Shown piece after piece: positions 56,831 through 64,000 of a stretch of 64,000 bases of DNA. A program made the position numbers and the translations under genes. This DNA is from Planctomycetota bacterium (lineage in GTDB: Bacteria; Planctomycetota; UBA11346). The stretch spans positions 48,798 to 112,797 of the forward strand of contig JBBRLJ010000015.1 in assembly GCA_038231435.1 (NCBI GenBank). The letters are read 5' to 3'. Within the stretch, counting starts at the first letter, position 1. Each line of letters begins with the position of its first letter. The notes under the pieces were generated by a model. It was given only the letters and a program-made list of their open reading frames with translations. It did no database searches and had not been told where the DNA came from.

Positions 56831-59335
56831 ATGGACAGCAGACATCCCATGGACAACAGCCATGCAGAGGGAGGAGCCGCGAACGGGCCGTCCCGCCAGG
56901 AAAGCCTGCCGGCTGCCTCTCGGCAAGGCTCCCCGCAGCATGCCGGCCCCTTCAGCGGCGACACCTGGGGCGATTTCGAGATCGGCGAGGTACTGGGCCG
57001 TGGACCGCACGGCAGCGTCTACCGCGCTCGGCAGCTCAGCCTCGATCGCGCCGTGGCGATCAAGGTCCTCGACGTAGAGCTGCCCGAGGGCAGCGGTTTC
57101 CGTAAGCGCTTCCTGCGCGAAGCGGTGGCGGTGGCCCAGATCAGCTCGCCACATGTCGCGCAGATCTATTTCGCGTCGGTGCGGCACGGCCATCCGTACG
57201 TGGTGATGGAGTCGGTCGAAGGCGCCGATCTCGCTGCGCGGCTCGCGGGTGGCACCCGGCTAGGCGACGCGACCGCCTTCGATCTGATGCTGCAGGCGAC
57301 GCGTGGGCTGGCCGCCGCCGCGCTGCTCGGCATCGTCCATCGCGACCTCAAGCCCGCGAACATGCTCATCGGTCGCGACGGCGTGCTCAAACTCAGCGAC
57401 TTCGGGCAGGTTGGTCTCGCCGGCGAGGACGTCTCGGTCAACCCGGGCTCGGACCTGCGCTATGCCAGTCCGGAGCGCGCGCTCGGGCAGCGGTGCGATT
57501 CGCGCTCCGACATCTATTCGCTTGGAGCGATCTTCCACGAGATGCTCACTGGTGTGATCCCCGCTGCCTATGAATCCGGGTCGCGGGAGGTTCCTGCGCG
57601 AGGATGCGGCGCGCTGCGCGCGCTCAACCGCAACATCCATCCCGATCTCGAGACGCTGGTGCTGTCGTGCCTCGCGCAACGTCCAGCGGACCGTCCGACC
57701 TCGCCCGACGCCCTGCTCAAGGCGCTCGAGAACCTGCTGCTCGATGGCCGCGTGTACGGAGCGGGCGGCTGGGGCAGTCTGCGGCGCCGTCGCTTGGCGG
57801 CCACTGCGGTCGCGGCGGGATTGGCGTTGGCCGCGACGGCTGGCTTCGCCCTGCGGCACCATCCCCGCCTTGCCCTGGATTCACGCGACCTCGCCATGGC
57901 GCCGGCGGTCGCGCCTATGGCGGCCACGGACGTCGCCGTGGTCGAGGCGCCTGCGGCTCCGGTCGCTACCTCCCCGCCGAGCTCGCCGGCAAACACGGCG
58001 TCGGACGACGGAGCCACGCCGTCGGCGACCGTTGCTGCGCGGATGCGCGAGCAGCCCCTGGCTGCCGGCACACCGTCCCCGATGGCGTCCGATCCACCGG
58101 TATCGGCGCAGCCGGTTCCGGAGCCTCCTTCCGCAACTGCCGCTGCCACTGCTTCCTCACCGCACGCGTCGCCGGATCCCACGACGCTCGCGTCGGCCGC
58201 GGTCGAGCCTCCGCTGAAGCCAGGATCGGCGCCGGTCCTGGACGACGCTCCGCTCCCGGGAGCTGACGACCCAGCAGCACCGGCGCTGCTGCCGAGCCCG
58301 GCACCGTCGATCCGCTCGCCCGCCGCGTCCCAGGTCGCGTATCTCGACCCGCCCGCGTCGCCGGGTAAGGCCCTGCGTCCGCCCGCAAAGCCGGTCGCTC
58401 ACGCGCCCGCTCCCGGGATCGTCAAAGCCATGGCCCGCGAGCCGACCGCGACCGCGACCGCGAAGCGGCCCGTCGTCGCGGTGGCGCTCGAGGCCGAGTC
58501 CGTCGAGCACGAGCGCCCGGCGGATCCGGGACCGCGCTCGGAGGAGGCATTGCCGAACGGCGCGCGCAGAGATGCCTATGGCGCCTACGCCGATGTGACG
58601 CTGCTCGGCTATGCGCAGCGCTTCCGCTACTGCCCTCCGGGCCGTTTCCTGATGGGTAGTCCCGACGACCAGCGTCCGCGCAGTCGCGACGAGGACATCC
58701 ACCAGGTGACCTTCACGCGCGGCTTCTGGCTCGCCGACAGCGAGTGCTCGCAGGCGCTGTGGGCGAGCGTGTACGGCAGTACGCCGAGCGCTCTGCAGGA
58801 TCTCGACCTACCGGTCGAGCGGGTGTCGTGGGAAGCATCCCAGGATTTCCTCGAGCGCCTCGATCGGGCGGTGCCCGGCCTGCGCGCGCGGCTACCCACC
58901 GAATCGGAATGGGAATACGCCTGCCGCGCCGGCGGCGCCGACGATGGGCCCATGAATCTCGACGAGGTCGCCTGGTATGCGCACACCAGCGATGCCGCCA
59001 GCCATCCGCTCAAGGAGCTGCGGCCCAACAGTTGGGGACTCCACGACATGCTCGGGAACGTCGCCGAGTGGTGCCAGGATTCCTACCGGCCGTATCCGAA
59101 GCCGGTGATCATCGATCCGCCTCCGGGCGCCGGAGGAGCGCATGTCATCCGTGGCGGGTCCTTCCGCGATTCGGCTGGCGACTGCCGCGCCACTCACCGC
59201 GATCGCGCGCGCGCGGGTTATTCCGGAGACCGCGTCGGCCTGCGCATCGCGCTCTCCGCCCTGCCGAGCCAGTCGGCCCAGCTGAGTGCGCGCGCCATGC
59301 CTTCGCGTGGCGGGACGGTGACGGCAGCGCCGTAA
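56831..59335 (+). CDS. Ser/Thr protein kinase - TM - Pro/Ala linker - FGE-sulfatase (SUMF1) domain fusion
   Basis: GRGPHG, VAIK, HRDLKPAN, DFG and SPE, then a TM. FGE motifs RLPTESEWEYACRAG, GLHDMLGNVAEWC and RGGSF. GGAGG RBS precedes ATG 56831. Confidence 0.9.
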   Translation: MDSRHPMDNSHAEGGAANGPSRQESLPAASRQGSPQHAGPFSGDTWGDFEIGEVLGRGPHGSVYRARQLSLDRAVAIKVLDVELPEGSGFRKRFLREAVAVAQISSPHVAQIYFASVRHGHPYVVMESVEGADLAARLAGGTRLGDATAFDLMLQATRGLAAAALLGIVHRDLKPANMLIGRDGVLKLSDFGQVGLAGEDVSVNPGSDLRYASPERALGQRCDSRSDIYSLGAIFHEMLTGVIPAAYESGSREVPARGCGALRALNRNIHPDLETLVLSCLAQRPADRPTSPDALLKALENLLLDGRVYGAGGWGSLRRRRLAATAVAAGLALAATAGFALRHHPRLALDSRDLAMAPAVAPMAATDVAVVEAPAAPVATSPPSSPANTASDDGATPSATVAARMREQPLAAGTPSPMASDPPVSAQPVPEPPSATAAATASSPHASPDPTTLASAAVEPPLKPGSAPVLDDAPLPGADDPAAPALLPSPAPSIRSPAASQVAYLDPPASPGKALRPPAKPVAHAPAPGIVKAMAREPTATATAKRPVVAVALEAESVEHERPADPGPRSEEALPNGARRDAYGAYADVTLLGYAQRFRYCPPGRFLMGSPDDQRPRSRDEDIHQVTFTRGFWLADSECSQALWASVYGSTPSALQDLDLPVERVSWEASQDFLERLDRAVPGLRARLPTESEWEYACRAGGADDGPMNLDEVAWYAHTSDAASHPLKELRPNSWGLHDMLGNVAEWCQDSYRPYPKPVIIDPPPGAGGAHVIRGGSFRDSAGDCRATHRDRARAGYSGDRVGLRIALSALPSQSAQLSARAMPSRGGTVTAAP

Positions 59336-59416
59336 TGGAAGGTAGTCGTGTCTCGGGACCGGCTCGGCGTTTGCCCGCTCCGCGATGACGCGCCCTGCTC
59401 ATCGTCGCGACATCCA

Positions 59417-61387
59417 TCACGCCGTGAGCGTTGAAGAATCGCGGATCAGCGTTCGCGATGCCGGCGGCGCCTTGGGCAGGGTGAACAGGAAGGTGGTGCC
59501 TTTGCCGAGTGCGGATTCGATCCACACGCGGCCATTGTGGCGTTCGATGATCTTCTTGACCGCCGCGAGCCCGATTCCGGTACCGGGATATTCTTCGCGG
59601 GTATGCAGGCGGCGGAAGATCTGGAAGACATTCTCGTGGTTGGAGGGGTCGATGCCGATGCCGTTGTCCTTGACCGTGAACAGGCAGTCCTGCTCGCGAA
59701 CCACCCCCGTGATGTCGATCGTCGGCGGCGCGGCGCCGTGGAACTTGAGCGCGTTGCCGACCAAGTTCTGGAACACCTGGGCGAGCAGCACCTGGTCCGC
59801 GAAGACCTTTGGGAGATGCCCGCGCGAGAGGGTGGCGCCTGTCGCGAGGACCTTCTGGCTGAGATTCATCAATGCGTCGTCGAGCGCCTTGTCGGAATCC
59901 ACGGGTTTTGGATCGTGCGCCGCGCCTACGCGCGAGTAGTCGAGGAGCCCGCGGATCAGCGCCTGCATGCGCTTCGCGCCGTCCACCGCCTCGCGCACGA
60001 AGGATCCGGCTTTCTGATCGAGTTGCTGCCCGTAGCGTTTCTGCAGGAGATTGAGGTAGTTGGTGACCATGCGCAGGGGTTCCTGCAGGTCGTGCGAGGC
60101 GATGTAGGCGAACTGCTCGAGCTCGATGTTCGAGCGCGCGAGCTCCGAATTCACGTGCTCCAGCTCGCGGGTTTTCTCCTGCAGCGCTTCTTGGATGCGT
60201 TTGCGCGCGGAGATGTCGAGCGTCGCGCCGATGAACCTGACGATGCGGTCGTGCTCGTCGAAGATCGCCATGCCGCGCGCGGCCATCCAGCGCTCGGGAT
60301 CTTCTGGCGCGGGCAGCACGCGGTACTCGATGTTGTAGATGCCGCCGCCGGTGGGATCGAACGCGCGCAGCATGGAATTGCGCACGCGCTCGCGGTCGTC
60401 GGGATGCACGCGCGAGAGGAAGATGTCCTGGGTCACCGGCGAGCCCGGCTCGACGCCGAGGAGGTCGAACATGCGCGGCGAGCAGGTTGCTGTGCCGGTG
60501 GCGGGATCGAGATCCCAGGTCCCGAGATTCGCGGCCTCGACGGCGAGCCGGTAACGCTCCTCGCCGTCGCGCAGGGCCAGTTCGGCGCGCTTGCGCTCGG
60601 TGATGTCGCGGGTGGCTCCCCAGGCGCGGTATCCGAGCCCATCGCGGACCTCGCCCACCAGGCTGTTGCATACGTGATGGATCTCGCCGTCTTTGCCCAG
60701 GTCTACCGATTCGGCATCAATCAGCCGATACCCAGAGCGGATGAAGGCGCGCAGGAACTGCTCGTTCTTCGGGTCTGAGCGCAGCAGGATCTGCGGCAGA
60801 CGAAGGCCGACCATCTCGACCGACGAGCCGAAACCGTACATCCTCGCCATCGCCTCGTTGCATTCAGCGAGGTAGCCATGGCGGTAGAACAGCTCCACCT
60901 GCTCGTCCTCGGGCAAGGAGATGGGGCACGGCTGGTCCAGCTCGAAGCGCCAGATCGCTTCGCTGGTGTTCTCGATGAGCCAGCGCAGTCGTTCCCCATT
61001 CTCGCGTAGAGCGGATTCCCGGGCCTTGCGTTCGGTGATATCGCAGGCGAATACCCGAACGTCCGCCAACCCCCCATCAGGACGGCGGCGTGGTTCGAGC
61101 GAGACGAGCAGGACGCGAGTGCCGTCGGGAAGCTCGAGGGTTACTTCCGCTTGGCGCACCGCCAATCCCGATGAGGAGATCAGCAGGTCGGCGATCGACG
61201 GCCGGATCCGGAACGTGGATCCACCGTCAGGCGTGCCGCTCTCCGGCGGTCCGACGAGTCCCCTGGCCGCCGCGTTCGCCCAGTGGATGGCACCGTCGCC
61301 GGCGACACGCAGGATCGGCGTGGGGGCGTCTTCCAGCCCCACGTCCCGATCGTCGCCTCCAGTATAATCAGCACCTGGCGCCGTCAT
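59417..61387 (-). CDS. PAS-domain sensor histidine kinase (start uncertain, 61342-61441)
   Basis: PAS/PAC ends DITERK, DITERK and DISARK. H-box FAYIASHDLQEPLR, N-box NLVGNALKF, DNGIGI and GTGIGLA. Confidence 0.92.
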   Translation of the reverse strand: MTAPGADYTGGDDRDVGLEDAPTPILRVAGDGAIHWANAAARGLVGPPESGTPDGGSTFRIRPSIADLLISSSGLAVRQAEVTLELPDGTRVLLVSLEPRRRPDGGLADVRVFACDITERKARESALRENGERLRWLIENTSEAIWRFELDQPCPISLPEDEQVELFYRHGYLAECNEAMARMYGFGSSVEMVGLRLPQILLRSDPKNEQFLRAFIRSGYRLIDAESVDLGKDGEIHHVCNSLVGEVRDGLGYRAWGATRDITERKRAELALRDGEERYRLAVEAANLGTWDLDPATGTATCSPRMFDLLGVEPGSPVTQDIFLSRVHPDDRERVRNSMLRAFDPTGGGIYNIEYRVLPAPEDPERWMAARGMAIFDEHDRIVRFIGATLDISARKRIQEALQEKTRELEHVNSELARSNIELEQFAYIASHDLQEPLRMVTNYLNLLQKRYGQQLDQKAGSFVREAVDGAKRMQALIRGLLDYSRVGAAHDPKPVDSDKALDDALMNLSQKVLATGATLSRGHLPKVFADQVLLAQVFQNLVGNALKFHGAAPPTIDITGVVREQDCLFTVKDNGIGIDPSNHENVFQIFRRLHTREEYPGTGIGLAAVKKIIERHNGRVWIESALGKGTTFLFTLPKAPPASRTLIRDSSTLTA

Positions 61388-61604
61388 GCTGCCAGGGTGC
61401 CCGTGCATTCCGGAGATCAAAGCGGTGTGCTGGCCGGGCAAACGCTGGGATCACACCGATTCCCGCCTGGTGACTGACAAATCCATTCAATGCAACCTTA
61501 CACGAGGTGGACGGTGGTCGAGCCCCGGCCATCGCGTATGACAAGTTCATGGAAACGAGTTTTCGCATAGGGCTCCCCTGGAGTCGCCTCGCGTGGGTCC
61601 TGCG

Positions 61605-62057
61605 ATGACCCAGCCCAAGCAGCGGGTGTTCATCGTCGACGACAATCCGGCCGATATCGAGCTGACTCGCCTGGCATTCGAAGAAGGCAAGGTCCCGGTA
61701 TCGTTCGAAGTCGCGGACAATGGCAGCGAAGCGGTCGAGTTCATTCGCGCCATCGCGGCGGCGAAACGCGATAAGCCCGATCTGGTGATCCTCGATCTGA
61801 ATCTACCGCGCCTGAATGGCAGCGAAGTCCTGGCCTTCGCCCGGAAGCAGAACCAGCTGCGCGACCTGCCGATCGTCATGCTCACCAGCTCGAATGCGCA
61901 TAACGACCGAATCCGCTGCATGGCGCTGGGAGCCACGGAATACCTGGTCAAGCCCGATCGCTTCGAGGATTTCGTGCTGATGGCCCAGCGCCTCGGACGC
62001 TATCTCCCTGGATCGGACGGTCCGCCCCGGCCGACCCCATCGGCATCTCCGGGCTAG
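61605..62057 (+). CDS. Single-domain response regulator (Rcp1-like)
   Basis: VDDNPAD, ILDLNLPRLNG, MLTSS and KP. Confidence 0.93.
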   Translation: MTQPKQRVFIVDDNPADIELTRLAFEEGKVPVSFEVADNGSEAVEFIRAIAAAKRDKPDLVILDLNLPRLNGSEVLAFARKQNQLRDLPIVMLTSSNAHNDRIRCMALGATEYLVKPDRFEDFVLMAQRLGRYLPGSDGPPRPTPSASPG

Positions 62058-62164
62058 GCTGCCCCTTCCGCGGATCCGGCCGTGGCCACCCGCGGTTCCC
62101 GAGAAGCCTCCGCCCGCACGACCGGCGGCATTGCGCCTGGCCCCGCCAGCCAGAGGTTGGAGGG

Positions 62165-63340
62165 GTGGCGCGTATCCATGACGTGATCGTTCTCGGCGGT
62201 GGAGCGGCTGGATTGTTCTGCGCCATCACCGCGGCGAGACGCGGGCGCTCCGTGGTCGTCCTGGACCATGCCGACAAGCTCGGCAAGAAGATCCTGATAT
62301 CGGGCGGTGGGCGCTGCAATTTCACCAACCGCTTCGTCGGCCCCGGGAATTTCCTTTCCTCGAACCCGCACTTCTGCCGCTCGGCGCTCGCGCGATTCTC
62401 ACCGGATGATTTCATCGCGCTGGTCGAGGCGCACGGCATCCCATACCACGAGAAGAAGCTCGGGCAGTTGTTCTGCGACGGCTCGGCGAAGGAAATCGTC
62501 GAGATGCTGCTCGCCGAGTGCGCGACCTCGGGAGCGGTGATCGAGACCGGCTGTCGGATCGATCGCGTCGAGAACGCGTCTGCTGGATTCACGCTCGCGA
62601 CCTCCAGCGGTGAGTTCACCGCCAGCAGGCTGGTCGTCGCCACGGGCGGCCTATCCATTCCCACCATCGGCGCGACCGACATCGGCTATCGCATCGCGCG
62701 CCAGTTCTCGGTGGCGGTGGTGCCGACGGAGCCCGCGCTGGTGCCATTCACCTTGCCCTCGGCGTCGGGATTCGCCGAGCTCAGCGGCGTCGCCGTGGAC
62801 GCCGAGGTGCGCGGCGGCGGCGGCGAGTTCAACGAGAGCATCCTCTTCACCCACGCCGGACTGAGCGGCCCCGCGATCCTGCAGATCTCTTCGTATTGGC
62901 GGCGTGATCAGCCGATCACTGTCGATCTGCTGCCCGGGGCCGACATCGCCGCGATGCTGGGTGAAGCCAAGCGCACCGGCTCGAAATCCCTCGCATCCAC
63001 TCATCTCGCTGAACGGCTGCCCAAGCGCCTGGTCCAGCGCTGGAGTGCTGTCCATGGCTGCGATCGGCCGGTTGCGCAGCTGTCCACCAAGGAGGCGGCA
63101 GCGATCGCTGACTCGTTCCACCGCTGGACGGTGGTGCCGTCGGGAACCGAGGGCTACCGGAAAGCCGAGGTCACCCGTGGAGGGATAGATACCACCGAAC
63201 TCTCTTCCCAGACCCTCGAATGCCGGCGTGTGCCGGGCCTGCATTTCATCGGCGAGGTCGTGGACGTCACCGGGTGGCTGGGCGGCTTCAATTTCCAATG
63301 GGCATGGGCCTCGGGCCATGCGGCGGGTTCGGCGGTATAG
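62165..63340 (+). CDS. NAD(P)/FAD-dependent oxidoreductase, HI0933/YhiN family
   Basis: GGGAAG, GKKILISGGGRCNFTN, LFTHAGLSGPAIL and GEVVDVTGWLGGFNFQWAWASG. Confidence 0.95.
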   Translation: MARIHDVIVLGGGAAGLFCAITAARRGRSVVVLDHADKLGKKILISGGGRCNFTNRFVGPGNFLSSNPHFCRSALARFSPDDFIALVEAHGIPYHEKKLGQLFCDGSAKEIVEMLLAECATSGAVIETGCRIDRVENASAGFTLATSSGEFTASRLVVATGGLSIPTIGATDIGYRIARQFSVAVVPTEPALVPFTLPSASGFAELSGVAVDAEVRGGGGEFNESILFTHAGLSGPAILQISSYWRRDQPITVDLLPGADIAAMLGEAKRTGSKSLASTHLAERLPKRLVQRWSAVHGCDRPVAQLSTKEAAAIADSFHRWTVVPSGTEGYRKAEVTRGGIDTTELSSQTLECRRVPGLHFIGEVVDVTGWLGGFNFQWAWASGHAAGSAV

Positions 63341-63346
63341 CCTTCA

Positions 63347-63589
63347 TCAGCGAGCGCGGATGCGACGGCGCTGCGATGGAGCGGATCCGTCGGAGCCCGC
63401 CGTGGTCGGCCGCAGGCCCGACGGCCTGGCGGCGTTGGCGTTCGCCAACTGGTGCTCGATCGCGGCGATGCGCAATTCCAGCCATTCGACGTCCCAGGGC
63501 GGCATGCGATGGCGTTCGGCATAGCGCTGGCGCAGTCCGGAGAGCGCATCCGCTAGTTCGGTGGTGTCCTGTTCGTGCGGCGTGATCAT
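63347..63589 (-). CDS. Possible small hypothetical protein (80 aa)
   Basis: Fills an otherwise empty gap. The sequence looks helical (ELADALSGLRQRY...WLELRIAAIEHQL). No family recognised. Confidence 0.35.
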   Translation of the reverse strand: MITPHEQDTTELADALSGLRQRYAERHRMPPWDVEWLELRIAAIEHQLANANAARPSGLRPTTAGSDGSAPSQRRRIRAR

Positions 63590-63736
63590 GTCTGGATGTT
63601 GCCTGCCGGGATCGCCACCGTCGATGCGTCGTAGCCTCGAGGTTATACGCGACCATCGGCAGCCCGTATCACCTTGCATGGTTGCGCATCGCTTGGCGAA
63701 CTTCGCGCCGCCAGACTTCACCGCTGGAGGCACCCC

Positions 63737-63907
63737 ATGCTGAAATGGTCCGCTATCTTCTTTGTCATCGCCCTCATCGCCGCCTATCTCGGCTACGGTG
63801 GCCTGTCGTCCGACATGGCCGGCATCGCGAAGATCCTGTTCTTCGTCTTCCTGGTCGTGTTCGTGATCACGCTGCTCATGCATTTGTTCCGCGGCAAGGC
63901 GCCGTGA
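63737..63907 (+). CDS. DUF1328 (YtjA/UPF0391-like) small membrane protein
   Basis: MLKWSAIFFVIALIAAYLGYGG...IAKILFFVFLVVF. GGAGG RBS upstream. Confidence 0.92.
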   Translation: MLKWSAIFFVIALIAAYLGYGGLSSDMAGIAKILFFVFLVVFVITLLMHLFRGKAP

Positions 63908-63910
63908 TCA

Positions 63911-63981
63911 GCGGGGGCATTGCCCCCGCACCCCCACGCCCCTTTGTCGCTCCTCTTTTTGCCCGCCGGGCGGTCAAAAAG
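63911..63981. repeat. REP-like double hairpin / possible terminator
   Basis: GCGGGGGC-att-GCCCCCGC-ACCCCC, followed by the near-palindrome CTTTTTG-c-CCGC-cgg-GCGG-t-CAAAAAG. Confidence 0.55.
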
Positions 63982-64000
63982 TTTGCGTGATGGGCTGCGC

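Noticed and set aside
61363..61368. Perfect TATAAT hexamer
   Set aside because: There is no matching -35 element and it probably lies within the kinase coding region, so it cannot be supported as a promoter.

Overview
This is a high-GC (roughly 70% by eye), gene-dense bacterial window. Its gene content (FecR fusion, DUF4159, BatA/VWA/DUF58/MoxR operons, Ser/Thr kinase-FGE fusion) suggests Planctomycetota or another PVC lineage; that assignment is inference. Two large, convergent, translationally coupled operons dominate the window, and each encodes the same five-part core: a MoxR AAA+ ATPase, a DUF58 protein, a BatA-VWA protein, a VWA/GATase-like membrane protein and a membrane-anchored coiled-coil protein ending in VPxGY...YFxAL. 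The + strand operon (2044-22417, 12 genes) adds carbohydrate-flavoured exported proteins, and its MoxR carries a degenerate FHA-like domain. The - strand operon (52243-28681, 15 genes) adds an ABC importer whose ATPase is fused through a lipobox-like hydrophobic segment to an NHL beta-propeller, plus a duplicated ABC-2 exporter array. Between the operons lie a TPR/purple acid phosphatase/ceruloplasmin-like two-domain copper oxidase trio and a tandem-SIS/ROK pair whose GmhA motifs appear split between the two SIS halves. The right end holds sugar oxidoreductases, a Ser/Thr kinase, a two-component pair, an HI0933-family flavoprotein and a DUF1328 protein. I recognised no rRNA, tRNA, CRISPR array or transposase, but there are several REP-like hairpin elements. 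All family assignments come from reading motifs by eye, not from database searches.
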